From Trichomonas gallinae (taxonomy: Eukaryota): DNA of 43,498 bases. A model generated the notes under the pieces. That model saw only the letters and a program-made list of their open reading frames with translations, was not told the origin of the DNA and searched no databases. Shown here piece by piece: positions 20,558 to 32,291 of this stretch (the stretch's first letter is position 1; every line of letters starts with the position of its first letter). Both the position numbers and the translations under genes were made by a program. The stretch lies in the NCBI GenBank assembly GCA_008369845.1, contig MRSU01009624.1, positions 1 through 43,498 of the forward strand, in the 5' to 3' direction.

Positions 20558-21667
20558 CGACGGATATAAAAATATAAATTTACTGTCAGAAAAAGAATTT
20601 TAAGAAAAAGTGGACCCCTGTCAAATATCCATCAGATTTCTTTGTTTGTTTTTATCTTTTATACAATAAGCATCACATTGATATAAAAATTATAGTTCAC
20701 ATTTTTAAGAGTGATGCAGCCCCTCATTTAAATTTTTTTTTAATAATAGAGTTATTTATTGATATTTATTTCATATATAATTTTTTCTATGAAAAGTGAT
20801 TTAACCCCTCAACAATTTATAAATAAATGTTTTAAAACTCTATGAATCTCCGATTACTAATTGTAATTTTCTAGTACCTAACCCTATATATCTTATAGTA
20901 TCTATAGCTTTAATTTGGAAAGACGTTATTGAGAAATTATATTGTCCGCAGTTTATGTATTCTTTTATGAAAAGTGATGATAGTTTTACGGGCGTGAAAG
21001 AACCCAAAAATGTCGCAAAAGTTTAATTATAAGATATATGGTTATTTTCGTATTTCTTAAATTTTTCTTTCTTAAATTTTGAATATAAAATAATCGATTA
21101 TTGTTTTATATAAAATATCTATAAAAAATGTCCGTGACTAGATTATTTGTTAGAAGACTAGTGAACGGTGCCGAGTGTTTATTCAAAATCATATCTTACC
21201 TTGATATTTTTTATTAAGGTTTATTGCCGCAACGATTTAAGGCTTGATTTCGTATTCTGTATACTGCTAACAGTATACTTAAGAATAAAACAGCATTATC
21301 TTGATGATATCCGCGTGCGTAAATTTTGTTCAAAATATTCTTTGATTGATCAACTAGTTATTGCCATAAATTCCAACAAACTCTACCTAACTAAGACAAT
21401 AATAACGGATGAATGCATTGCATGTCTTTAACAAATTATCGCAGAGATTATAAGATGATATTTAATCATTTATAATATGTGGTATATCATCAACTATAAC
21501 TTTCAATTACTTTGGTGATCAAAATTTGTTGAGATAATGATTTTTGATATCTTGATATCTTTTGCTGATTGATGTATGATTGACTCGGATTCAAATGTAT
21601 ATGTAATTTAATATATATATACTAAATAATTTTACAAAAGATAAATATATAACATAAAATATAAATA

Positions 21668-24600
21668 TTAATATCCCATTTGTAGTCTTAATATATCCAT
21701 ATGTGTAATCCTTCCTGTTGTTGCGACGTTCTTAGGCACAGTTGTAGATATCAATGTCGAGTGTTGAATAGCAGCTCTCGATTGTCTTGTAAAGTTCAAA
21801 ATATCATCATTGACAAACCTTTGTGAAACAGTTGAGCTCCTGTTGAAGAGTGGACTCTGAGGAATTGGCTTCGTTGATCTTCTGGCTGTTGCTTCTCTTT
21901 GTGATTGTTCATATCTTTCGCGCAATTTGTCATTTATGTCTCTTTGCATTTCAATTTGTCTGATCAGTTCGTGCTTAATTGCTATATGCTTGATTGCGTC
22001 GTATTGTTCATTTGTTCTATCTCTCATAACACTCATCGTTCTATATCTGACTTCTTCTATATCGACTTTAGTTGTTTGCCTAGTTGATTTAACTAACCTA
22101 GTCTTTTCTATTCTGCCTTTGAACTTTCTCTTCCACAGTGAGAAGAATTTGTCGACTAATGTGTAGTTAGGAACTGTTGGACGAAGAATTAAGACTGGTT
22201 CTACGCTGCTAGAAACTCCAGACATTGTTGCAAAGTCTGATGTAGGTGGAGCAAAAGTGATGCGCTTGGACTTTTCTGGTTTTGCTGAGTCTTTTGTCGA
22301 TGGACTCTTTAGAATCGATTTCGGTCTGAAATTGTCTGATGTTCCAATAGATGCATCAAAATCATTTCCATCTGAAACATAATTCTCTTCACTGTTCTCG
22401 TAATTAAGATCTGGATTAAATTCAACAACTTTACCTGATTTATGTGAATTCGCCCTATCATTTGTCTTTGAAGAGTTTGGAAAATTATCGGATTTGAATT
22501 GTGGAGAAACATCAGAAAGAATAACTCTCTTTTCTTTAGATGGTTTTGGCGAATCATTTTCTTTGATCTGGCTGCTCTGAGGAGAAACAGTATTAATATC
22601 TTCTTCCGATTGATTCTCAACTTTCGGAATTATCTTCGAATTCTTAGTTTTAGCGTTTTTATCACTCGAATTATCATTTTTGTTTTCATTATTAAAATCA
22701 TCATCGTCTAAATTTTCGAGTGATAAGTTGTTTTCGTCATCAGAAACAGCCAGGATTTTAGAACTATGTGAATCTTCATTATTTGAAATTTGCGAATTTT
22801 CAACTCTTGGCGGATTAGATGTGAATGATGTTAAGAGCGGAACAGTGACTTGTTCTTCGTCATTCATATATTTTCTTATTTTTCTTCTTTGTTGGTCGCT
22901 TATCTTTGAATCGTGATTTCCATCATCATCATCAAAATCAATGTCAATTTCATCTTCGTGTTCATTGAAACTATTGGGAATTTGTCCGGTTCTGAGTTTT
23001 TCTTGTGATTTAGATATAATATTTTCACTGTCATTTTGCGAATTTAGCAAATCTTCTTCTTTCATTTTATCGAGTTCTTCTTGTTCTATTTGTTTTGCGC
23101 GCTGCTCTTCCATTTCGAAAGATCCTAGAGTGTTTGGACTGTTGTATGACTGATTAGGAAGAAGTTCGTCATCAGAGCCAACTTCGTAATCATTTTTATC
23201 GAATTTGTAATATGATTCTTCTTCATCATAATTGTTTTTATTTTTGTCATTTTCATCTGAGTTGTAATCATAACTCTTTTGTTCTTTTTTCCCTTGTTTT
23301 GGTGGCAGTTTGTTCTTGTAGAGTTCTTCTGAGTTATAATCATATTCATTTCCGATTGTTTGATCAGCTTTTGGCTTGTTTTCGACAAGTTCTTCTTCCG
23401 AATCATATACATTTCCATTTAAGAGATATTTGTATTTCTCTGTAAGTCTGTTTATGTCACCATAAGATTCTTCTTCGTTGAGTAGTTTATCTATTTCTTC
23501 TTCATCGAATGGATCTTCTTCGCTTGTTTTTCCGCAAATCTGGAATTTGCTTAATTTAATTTTTGTGTCAATATCATTTATTTCTTTCTCTAAATCATCC
23601 TGATGTGTCCCATCTAAATCGTCCTCTTCCTCATGATCATTAAAATCTTTCTTTCCTGAATTTAGTGTGTTGATTAGATTACTTGCCTGATCATTAAGAC
23701 CTTTCTTTGTTTGCTTTGATCCAATGATTAAATCCTTTTCTTCAAAATCTTCTTCATCGAAATTTCCATTATTGTATTTAGTTACTTTTTTCATAGGATT
23801 TTGACCAACGACTAAATCTTCATCAAAATTCTTAGGATCGCTGTATTTGTCTCCTTTCTTTTGTCCATTAACTAACTTTTCTTTGCCAGAATTTTCACTA
23901 ACTCCCTTTTTATCAGTATTTCGTTCATTGGCCAATTCATCTTTACTTTTGTTTGCTTTGGCCATTTTATTATGTAAATCATCATTCCCAAAATCATCTA
24001 AAAATTCTTCTTCCTCTTCGAAATCGTCGTCATTTTTGTTCTTACCTTCGTTGTTAGACTGGTTAAGATAATTATTTTTGATATCTGGATCAAATTGGCT
24101 ATTTTTGACAGCATAATCATTATCTTGATCATTGTTTCCATTTAAACCATCAGAATCATTTTTATTTCCTTGTTTGATGTTACTTGGGTCATAGTTTTTG
24201 TTTTTACCGCTCATTTTACTATCATTTTCATTGAAATCATCTTCATCGAATTTTTGATTTTCGTTTTTATTGTTATTTTTAGCTTTATTTGCATCGTAAT
24301 TCTTTGTGTCATCATTATCATTTATTTTATTGTCATTTTCCTCATCATAATCTTCTTCTTCCATTTGAATATCACTTGCATTCATGTCATCATGATAATT
24401 TCCATTGGCATTTTCGTCAGCAAGATTTTCATTTGTGCTATTTTCGTTTTCATTGTCATTTTGCAATTTTTCGGCATTTTCCATATCATCTTGATTTTGT
24501 TGATCATTTATGCTTATTTCGTTGTTTTGGTTTTCATCATCGAACTTATCGTTGTTTAACGCGTCAAAAACATCATTACCAGCTACAGAATTGTTGTTTC

Positions 24601-25543
24601 CTGATTTCTTCTTCTGGGAATCGTTGACTTTCTTGACACCTTTCAACACAGACCTCGCGCGAGATGACTTTGAAGCAGTACTGGCTGTTGAAGCTCTGCT
24701 CATTCTTGAAGCAACACTCTGGCAGTCATCTGGATTGATCTGGACTCCGTCACCGATGCCAACCATGAATAAACAAGCAGAAGACAGCGGTTCGACTAAT
24801 TCAGAAAATGGAACAATTCCTGATGCGTGTGAAGCATTTGAGAGAGTTTTTCTGTGCTTTCTTATGCTTAGATTTGGTATTTTTGAGCATGTCTTCGCTA
24901 AATCTTGAACTTCTTGGTGCTTTTCCAAAATTAAAGCCTTAAGGTCAGACATATACTGTCCTGGCTTAGCATTTTTGAATCTGCAGCGTATTTCTTGAGA
25001 GTACTCGTTCTCATTTGGAAGTTCTACCAAATTATTTGATTCTTGAAATTCGATTTCTGGATGTTTGAGCACAATTTCGATAGATTTGTATACATAATCA
25101 GCAAGATAGATGATTTGAATGAAATTTTTCTCCATATCTATGTAATCTATTTTATAACGAGATTCCTTTGATTTTAGGATTGATTTAACGTCAACTTCGT
25201 TGATGTAAACGATTTGTGGGCAGATCCTTATCAAGTGTAGCTCCCATAATGGAAGAAAACAGACAGGATTTCTTTCTAAACGAATCGTTCTTAATTTTGG
25301 TAATTGCGCAAGGGGAAGTAATGTTTCTATCGTCTCGATGAGGTTGTACTCGATCATTAAAGACTGCATGAATCGAAATTGAACGATATTATCGAGATTG
25401 CTGATAGAATTATATGAAACGTACAGGAATCTGCAGTTTTTAACCACTTTCGGCGGAAGAAGGTCGATTTCTAGGACACCTTTCCCTGTCGCTCGGACGA
25501 CTTGAGCATCATCTGAGGGAATAAGATTTTTGCTCAATGTCAT
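21668..25543 (-). CDS. N-terminal LRR protein with very long D/E/N-rich disordered region and C-terminal coiled coil
   Basis: ATG at 25543. SDS22-like LRRs (FLYVSYNSISNL, SLMIEYNLI, LRTIRLERNPV) with LRR cap, then about 800 aa of acidic low complexity. Confidence 0.82.
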   Translation of the reverse strand: MTLSKNLIPSDDAQVVRATGKGVLEIDLLPPKVVKNCRFLYVSYNSISNLDNIVQFRFMQSLMIEYNLIETIETLLPLAQLPKLRTIRLERNPVCFLPLWELHLIRICPQIVYINEVDVKSILKSKESRYKIDYIDMEKNFIQIIYLADYVYKSIEIVLKHPEIEFQESNNLVELPNENEYSQEIRCRFKNAKPGQYMSDLKALILEKHQEVQDLAKTCSKIPNLSIRKHRKTLSNASHASGIVPFSELVEPLSSACLFMVGIGDGVQINPDDCQSVASRMSRASTASTASKSSRARSVLKGVKKVNDSQKKKSGNNNSVAGNDVFDALNNDKFDDENQNNEISINDQQNQDDMENAEKLQNDNENENSTNENLADENANGNYHDDMNASDIQMEEEDYDEENDNKINDNDDTKNYDANKAKNNNKNENQKFDEDDFNENDSKMSGKNKNYDPSNIKQGNKNDSDGLNGNNDQDNDYAVKNSQFDPDIKNNYLNQSNNEGKNKNDDDFEEEEEFLDDFGNDDLHNKMAKANKSKDELANERNTDKKGVSENSGKEKLVNGQKKGDKYSDPKNFDEDLVVGQNPMKKVTKYNNGNFDEEDFEEKDLIIGSKQTKKGLNDQASNLINTLNSGKKDFNDHEEEDDLDGTHQDDLEKEINDIDTKIKLSKFQICGKTSEEDPFDEEEIDKLLNEEESYGDINRLTEKYKYLLNGNVYDSEEELVENKPKADQTIGNEYDYNSEELYKNKLPPKQGKKEQKSYDYNSDENDKNKNNYDEEESYYKFDKNDYEVGSDDELLPNQSYNSPNTLGSFEMEEQRAKQIEQEELDKMKEEDLLNSQNDSENIISKSQEKLRTGQIPNSFNEHEDEIDIDFDDDDGNHDSKISDQQRRKIRKYMNDEEQVTVPLLTSFTSNPPRVENSQISNNEDSHSSKILAVSDDENNLSLENLDDDDFNNENKNDNSSDKNAKTKNSKIIPKVENQSEEDINTVSPQSSQIKENDSPKPSKEKRVILSDVSPQFKSDNFPNSSKTNDRANSHKSGKVVEFNPDLNYENSEENYVSDGNDFDASIGTSDNFRPKSILKSPSTKDSAKPEKSKRITFAPPTSDFATMSGVSSSVEPVLILRPTVPNYTLVDKFFSLWKRKFKGRIEKTRLVKSTRQTTKVDIEEVRYRTMSVMRDRTNEQYDAIKHIAIKHELIRQIEMQRDINDKLRERYEQSQREATARRSTKPIPQSPLFNRSSTVSQRFVNDDILNFTRQSRAAIQHSTLISTTVPKNVATTGRITHMDILRLQMGY

Positions 25544-25791
25544 CAACGAAGAAAGTGTTTAATGATGTATTAATATTAAGGAGGTGTGCTGCAAATTAAA
25601 AAAACTATGGATCGATAGGGCATCGTCTGTGGATAACAACTATATAGTTTTCAGGCACTGAAAGTGTTTATTTTCTGAGAAAAACGAGGTCAAAGTAGTA
25701 TTAAGTTATTTAATCCATATATAAATAAACTGTAAATATGACGTGTAAAATGTCAAATTGGCAAAAAATCATATTCTTTTTTCTTCATTTT

Positions 25792-25912
25792 GATACCAAT
25801 GGAAAAAGCCTTATCTTCTTCCTTTAATTAAAAGTCTCCTCTCTCAATTGCAGTCCTACTGAAATATGATGTAATTGTTCAATATCTTGCGAAGCATGAT
25901 GCAGTTGAATAG
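25792..25912 (+). pseudogene. Isolated terminal ankyrin-repeat fragment with a 28-nt interruption
   Basis: DTNGK (25792-25806), then in the +1 frame KSPLSIAVLLKYDVIVQYLAKHDAVE* (25832-25912). Confidence 0.5.
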
Positions 25913-27613
25913 CTTTATATGAAATAACAAAAGCATTTCAAACAAGCATTATAAAATGACATTAATTATTTGAAATATGATACATTGTCGGTTTCAGACA
26001 GTTTAAATATTGCATACTTGATTGTATTAGTTGTATAATGAAATATTATAAAATTTCATTTTATTTCTCGTGGTTTCTTTAATTTTGTATTATGAGTTTA
26101 TTTCATTCCAAATTATCAATGTATATCATACAGTAAATAGTACAATATTTTTGAAAATGAAAAAGTATGTAATCAGAGTCCATTACAGTGATATTTATAT
26201 TTAATGGTTTGAATATATTAAAAATATGACTTATCAATAGCTATTCTCTTTCAACAATAGATATTATTTTATACTAAATTGATTATTTGTATTAATTTCA
26301 TTATTTAGGATAAATAAATGTTAAATACACTTTGTATATATAAGGAATTACAACGCATGCATGCTTAACTAAGATATTCATTTTGATTTTCATCAATATT
26401 CAATGGAAATCTAGGGTTTCCTATATATACATTTAAATTGAAATTCATTATCATTCCATTATTTATACTGATATCAGCTATATGTTATTCATTTAGTCAA
26501 TGATATATGGAAATAGCTAAAAACAATATAATATGTATTCGATATATGCATGCATATGCTGAATACATATATAAAACTTCTTAGATTCCATGAATGAACG
26601 TTCATATTTTTTTTATTGTTTTTGTAAAGGCTTTTAGGTCAAAACGAAATGTATGTTTATTAAATAGCAATTTTTTGATAAGAGATAACAAATAGACCTA
26701 AAATAAACAAAGAATCAAAATCCTTCTATTTTTGAATATGAAAATCAATCGTATACAGCATTATTTAACAAGTGGATGATATTTTTTACATGTTATATAT
26801 GCTTATACAATATAATACATCAAGTTTGAGATTCAATTTTCCTAGCAAATCATCGTTGTCAAAATATAGTCCGAAAATCATAATCTATGAGCCCAGTATA
26901 TGACCATTACATGGAGTAGAAACATTAAATTGTTGGTCGATTGAATTGTTTAGGAAAAAAATTGGATTATCAGTCCAAAACTCAAGATGTAAAGGTATCT
27001 CCTTGTGCCTATTCTATAGGAAAAACTAGACAATCCGAAAGCAATCCGGATTATTTGTTCGTTTTTTTTTTTATTTTTATAAGATCAGAATTTGAAAATA
27101 TTTAAAGTTATAAAAATCTTATGCTGATGATTTAGAATAAAAAACATTCGATGAATTTCGTGTTAATTCCATTTAAAATCGATCTCTCAAATGCGAATTT
27201 TTTAATTTAGTTGTTTTGAATATAAAAGACAAATCCATCATTATTCTATCGATAATTTTCTTTAGGTATAGAAAATGCTTTCAATATATGCTATTGAATT
27301 GTTTTGAATTGAAAAGTTGAATAAAAATTAAAATAAAAATCACTAATATATCAAATATATTTAATTAATAGCATGATATATACAGATATATTTAATTATC
27401 ATTCAAAATATATTTTATATTAACTTTAAATAAAATATGAGATATGATAAGATTTAAAAATCATATTCAAAAATTTTGAATAACCATTTTATTTTTTTGA
27501 ATAAATTATTTTCATAACTTTATTTAGCTTTTCCTCTATTATTGTCTGTAATATAGAATTATTACAAAATTAAGAAAATTTTCGATTTGAATGGTTTATT
27601 TTTCTATTTTATA

Positions 27614-28540
27614 ATGAACTACAGAGAGACGGAATTCTTTTTCCACCACGGAATCACGTGCGAAAAAGTTTTGGCGCGCAGTGCTAACAGTGTTATCTAC
27701 TTAGTGCACTCAAAACAAGTAGATGGGAATGTTATCTTGAAGAAATGCAATACTAATCTTTTTTCTGACAAAGAATTAGACGCCTATATTACATCGAATA
27801 ATCAATATATTGTCAAGTTATATCGTTACTATCATTACTCCAACTATCTTTACCTTTTAATAGAATATTGCCCATCAAATCTAGAAAAATTAGTCATGGA
27901 AAGCGAAAACTTCACAGGGAAAACTCTTCAAAATGCTGTGAAAGATGTCATTCTCGCAATAAAATCATGCCATGACATTAGATTCGCATTACAAGATTTT
28001 GATGTCAAAACGTTTTTAGTTACTTCTAATGATAAGATCAAGCTCAACATCTTCAGCATATCACGAAACGCACAGGATGAAAGGATCTACTCAGAGCAAT
28101 CATTAGTTTCAACAACTTATTTCGCTCCACCTGAGGTTTTATTCCAAACTAATTATCACGCGTTGCGCGCTGACATATGGGTACTCGGCTGCATTCTTTA
28201 TTTCATGGCAACCAAAACTTTACCATTTTTTTCAAAAGATATAAAAGAATTTAAGCAGAAAGTTAAGTCTTTGGACTATGATATTAGCGCTGTAGAAAAC
28301 GATAATCTTAAGGAACTTATCATGAAATGCCTCAAAATCGAACCAAAAGAAAGAACTTCGACGAGAAGCCTTCTTAACTCGAAATACTTCGGCATGAGGC
28401 TTAATAACAACAATTTGCCTATGATCGATCGCCAAACAGTATATTATATACCAAGAAATCCATCATTCGTTCACACAAACTTGAATATTTCGCGCGAGAC
28501 TCCTAACACGCCATTAATTACGGTTAACACGTTCTTATGA
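27614..28540 (+). CDS. CAMK-family-like protein kinase, probable pseudokinase
   Basis: ATG at 27614. Kinase fold (VILK, LLIEYCP, ADIWVLGCILYFM, LPF, PKER), but the Gly loop, HRD..N and DFG motifs are degenerate. Confidence 0.85.
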   Translation: MNYRETEFFFHHGITCEKVLARSANSVIYLVHSKQVDGNVILKKCNTNLFSDKELDAYITSNNQYIVKLYRYYHYSNYLYLLIEYCPSNLEKLVMESENFTGKTLQNAVKDVILAIKSCHDIRFALQDFDVKTFLVTSNDKIKLNIFSISRNAQDERIYSEQSLVSTTYFAPPEVLFQTNYHALRADIWVLGCILYFMATKTLPFFSKDIKEFKQKVKSLDYDISAVENDNLKELIMKCLKIEPKERTSTRSLLNSKYFGMRLNNNNLPMIDRQTVYYIPRNPSFVHTNLNISRETPNTPLITVNTFL

Positions 28541-28588
28541 AACAACTGAATTATGTATTTTTTTGTTTGTATAAAATCTAGTATAATA

Positions 28589-28813
28589 TCTTCAATTATA
28601 TTCTTTCTAATATATATAATATTAAATTATACAACCTAAGTAATAATATTTCACTAGCTAAACTATAGATGATCATTAAATATTTTTTGTTGTTTAATTC
28701 ATTTATTAAATCTTCAATTTCATTCTTTCTAATATATACAATAATCAAATATGCAATCTAAATAATAATATTTCATTCACCAAAATATATATAATCATTA
28801 ATAAATTTTGTCG
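28589..28813. repeat. Degenerate tandem duplication (about 122-bp period)
   Basis: TCTTCAATT.(c)ATTCTTTCTAATATATA...TAATAATATTTCA...ATCATTA at 28589 and 28711. Confidence 0.8.
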
Positions 28814-29024
28814 ATAAAAAATTTATTTAATGATTAATGAGTTTTAATAAATTTTTCTTTTCGGATATAGATATATCAGATTTGATGTTGAAATTAGATA
28901 AAAATGACTTTTTGATGAAAAAAAAAATTATTTTGGTAAATTTAATGGAAATGATGTTGTTTAGTCAAAGATATGAGATTAATAAATAATATTTAATCTA
29001 TATTACAAACAAATATATTATAAA

Positions 29025-32000
29025 TTAAAGCATCGTTCCAATAGAGCGAGCAATATAAAATATGACGTTTCTTCTTTCAGCATTGTCCGGTGGAGATTCG
29101 GGTGGAGGCAACTCTCGCTTGAGTGTCGCGTAATAAGTGTTCGTTTTGTTTACGAAATCTTCATTTTCTCTCATAATGAAAATAACCCTCTCGATTATAT
29201 TGTAAAGTCTTTCTTCCTTGAACTCAAACTCAATGCACATCTTAAGGAAGTCGAACCAAGCTGTTTCGAATTCTAATGTTATTTCATTGAGATAAGTTTC
29301 GAGTTCGCTGAATCCCATCATCATCAAAGAGAACCTCTTCATCTTCTCATTGCAGATCATTGAAGCGTTGATTAAAGTAGTGAAAGTTTGCGTAATTTTT
29401 TCTTTTTTACGAACTTCAACTAAAATTGCTTCAACTTCTGTGATTTGGAGGACTTGGTTGCCAGCAACGATAAATGCGCAGCATTCCAAGGCTTCAAGAG
29501 AATCCTTTCCGACTTTTTGCGAAATTTGTTGAAATCCGTCCCAAATTCTAGGGTCTGGTGTAGGACAAGTTATCAATTTGAACATTGCTGGATGTGCGAA
29601 ATCTTTCTCAAGGAGAATGGTTAAGAACGAATAAGTATATTCGATATTTGGCAAAATGAATTTTCGCTGTGAAAACATTCTGGCCAAACTTGGTCCTTTG
29701 ATGAAGTCTTTGACAGGTATAACCTCGATGACAGGCAACAAAACGCAGATAATCGTTGCTAAAACTTGAGTTCTTGTTGCAACAGCTGCAATGTGAGCTG
29801 CTGTGTCGAATAACTTATAAGCATCGATGTCATTGGCTCTAAATGCGTTAGCTTTAATGATGGAAGCACCAAAATTCAGTAAAAATATTGAAGATGCAAT
29901 TGCTGCATCGCTGCTTCCTCTAGATAATGAACATACGTTGTTGAAATCTCTTAGCATGTATTGTACTGATGTAGAAGGGAATGATGATGAGGCCTGAGCA
30001 ATTTGATCTGCCCTGAAATTCTGCATCGCCATGTTTTCAGGCGATGCCATGCTAGAATGCGCTCTCTGTCTCTTTGCGAACTGTATTTCTGTCTCTTTCG
30101 GTGGCGTAAACATAGATGGATTGATCAGAACAAATTGTCCGTGAATATCTTTGTAAGCGCAAGCTAAATTCGATATTGTTCCGTGCGCGAACTGCTTGGC
30201 TAAGAGCTGCAAGAAAGGTGTCCAGTCTAAAATGTCGCTACCATATGAATTAACAATTCTCAATACAAAATCAACGGCGCGAATCGAAAGCTCGGCGTTG
30301 ATACTCGTCACTGAGAACGCGCAAAACGTTTTGAACACGTTATCAATGATGTGTGTCTCATGAAATGTTGATGCAATTTGAACACTCGACGTAAAAGCAT
30401 CGACGCCGGACTCTGAGCCGCTCGCAAACAGGTCAGACAGCACCGGCCCGGCATATCTCCACGTTTTCTCGAATAATGCTGCTGTTACACCCATCTCGAA
30501 GCCAGTATTTATTCGCAAATTTAGCGCCTTCTCTCTGCATTCGATTAAATGCCAGTATTCCGGTGTCTTCTTCTGCAGACTGGTCTCTGGAGATAGTGGA
30601 TGCTTTAAAATTCCGTCGAAAAGCGAATCTAAAAATTCTTGTCTAAAGTTTTTGTCGCCATTTTGGCCTTTTAACATCGTCCTGAAGCCTTCCAGTGTCT
30701 GTTTCTCTGTGACACTCGCGTTGTGAAGCGAAGTATGAAGCATTAGCCAAGCAAATCCTAAAATGTGGACTGCTGCTTCATTTTCGAACTCTTTGTCGAT
30801 ATTTTTAGAGTAAACTTTAGCGAAATGCTCGAATGCTCTGTCCAAAACTTGTCCTTCGCCTGGGAATTTAATAATTGTTAAAAATACGCGAACAGCTGAG
30901 TCAAAAGGCAGATTTGTGATGTTAAGAAGCTGTATGAATTCATCTAGAATGTTAAGAGTGTAGTTATCATTCTTAGAAAAGAAGTTTCCAAGAGTTTCAG
31001 CATTAATTCCTGTAGATAGTAGATATTGAGCCGCAATTTTTGGTGGAAGAGAAGTTTTGTGGCCTTCTATCAGTGAATTGACTTTTGTTATGTAGTTGTT
31101 CAATGAAATATTTTCGTCATGAAAATCGAGATTGTCAATAAACGTGGATTGCGACCTTAGTCTGAAGTCTGATAGCTGCCCCACGACACTGGAAACTACT
31201 CCAATAGCGAGTGGACGCGAAACTATTAAATCTGAGTCTGATCCTGCAATTTGGCAAACCGTCTGCAGGAAAACGTCAGAAAGATTGGGCACTGAGTCCC
31301 TCTGGTTGTAGTTTGAGTATAATTGCTTGATAAAAACAGGAATTGCTGCGAAATCAGCCAATAATTCGAAAGCATCAGCGCGAAGATCAGCGTTATGCGA
31401 TTTTGAGTTGATGAAGTTTAAAAGGTGATCAATGCATGTTCCAAATTCGATCAAATGAGCGTCCCAAGACTGAGAGAAAATAATGAAAAATAATCTCAGC
31501 GTAGGAATGAAATAAACACGATCTGGAGAGTCCAAAGACTCAATGAACAGAGCAGATGTTGCCGGGCGTATTAAATCCAAGCCATCTGCCTTTGCTTCGG
31601 AAATCGATCCCAAAATTTCGATGCAAAGCGCGCGTTGGACTGGCAGACCGTAGCGTGAGATCGTTATCAAATACTCAAGAAGAGGAGTGCCAAGCGGTAA
31701 AGCAGAAAGCGCAATTCGCTTCGCTAGAAGAGAAAAACTGTATGGAAGGATTTGAGGCAGTTTGAGGACGGCAAAGTTCTCAATCAAGGCTTTTATTGCG
31801 TCCATTGATATCTGCGGGCTGATTTTCGATTGTAAAGTTAATTCGTAAATGATTTGGAAAGTATTTACAGCGTAAATGTTAAAATTTGGATGCGTGAGAT
31901 GTCTCTGAAGTATATCTAATAAGTTTTGCGCCAGAAAATCGCCTTTTTTTACATCAGAACAAAATTGCGCGTGAGCGATTCGATGTAGTGACTTAAAAAC

Positions 32001-32222
32001 GGTTACAATGGTGTTCTCGGTGATGTCTTTGAAGTCCAGTATCGAAAGAAACGGCTGCAAGACGTCAGACGCCTTTTGTTCTTCGAAAGGTTTCAGCCAC
32101 AAGGTTGTTTTGAGGGAAAACAGGCCGCGCTGAACTTCTTCGACCTTCGGATCGTTTTTCATGTCGCGGAGAATCGAATCAACCGAATGAATTTCGTCAG
32201 AAACAAAAAGATGATGTTGCAT
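29025..32222 (-). CDS. Sec7-domain Arf guanine-nucleotide exchange factor (large GBF/BIG-type architecture)
   Basis: Sec7 motif 1 FPGEGQVLDRAFEHFAKVY with the glutamate finger; motif 2 LGFAWLMLHTSLHN; GQNGDKNF; upstream HUS-like LYSNYN; flanking HEAT regions. Confidence 0.88.
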   Translation of the reverse strand: MQHHLFVSDEIHSVDSILRDMKNDPKVEEVQRGLFSLKTTLWLKPFEEQKASDVLQPFLSILDFKDITENTIVTVFKSLHRIAHAQFCSDVKKGDFLAQNLLDILQRHLTHPNFNIYAVNTFQIIYELTLQSKISPQISMDAIKALIENFAVLKLPQILPYSFSLLAKRIALSALPLGTPLLEYLITISRYGLPVQRALCIEILGSISEAKADGLDLIRPATSALFIESLDSPDRVYFIPTLRLFFIIFSQSWDAHLIEFGTCIDHLLNFINSKSHNADLRADAFELLADFAAIPVFIKQLYSNYNQRDSVPNLSDVFLQTVCQIAGSDSDLIVSRPLAIGVVSSVVGQLSDFRLRSQSTFIDNLDFHDENISLNNYITKVNSLIEGHKTSLPPKIAAQYLLSTGINAETLGNFFSKNDNYTLNILDEFIQLLNITNLPFDSAVRVFLTIIKFPGEGQVLDRAFEHFAKVYSKNIDKEFENEAAVHILGFAWLMLHTSLHNASVTEKQTLEGFRTMLKGQNGDKNFRQEFLDSLFDGILKHPLSPETSLQKKTPEYWHLIECREKALNLRINTGFEMGVTAALFEKTWRYAGPVLSDLFASGSESGVDAFTSSVQIASTFHETHIIDNVFKTFCAFSVTSINAELSIRAVDFVLRIVNSYGSDILDWTPFLQLLAKQFAHGTISNLACAYKDIHGQFVLINPSMFTPPKETEIQFAKRQRAHSSMASPENMAMQNFRADQIAQASSSFPSTSVQYMLRDFNNVCSLSRGSSDAAIASSIFLLNFGASIIKANAFRANDIDAYKLFDTAAHIAAVATRTQVLATIICVLLPVIEVIPVKDFIKGPSLARMFSQRKFILPNIEYTYSFLTILLEKDFAHPAMFKLITCPTPDPRIWDGFQQISQKVGKDSLEALECCAFIVAGNQVLQITEVEAILVEVRKKEKITQTFTTLINASMICNEKMKRFSLMMMGFSELETYLNEITLEFETAWFDFLKMCIEFEFKEERLYNIIERVIFIMRENEDFVNKTNTYYATLKRELPPPESPPDNAERRNVIFYIARSIGTML

Positions 32223-32232
32223 AGAAATTATT

Positions 32233-32291
32233 GAAAAGTGACAAAATTTTTACATGAAAAGTGACAAAATTTGGATTTTATAAAAGTGACA
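32233..32291 (+). promoter_or_regulatory. Triple AAAAGTGACAAAAT (M2-like) motif just upstream of the Sec7 gene
   Basis: Copies near 32233, 32256 and 32281, 11-70 nt from the ATG at 32222. A single copy also lies near 4482, upstream of the Hsp110-like gene. Confidence 0.65.

Noticed and set aside
21100..21500. 87-aa GTG-start ORF
   Set aside because: Non-ATG start, composition typical of AT-rich non-coding DNA, no motifs.
25920..27580. Long AT-rich intergenic region as a possible transposon
   Set aside because: No terminal inverted repeats, target-site duplication or transposase/integrase remnant recognised.
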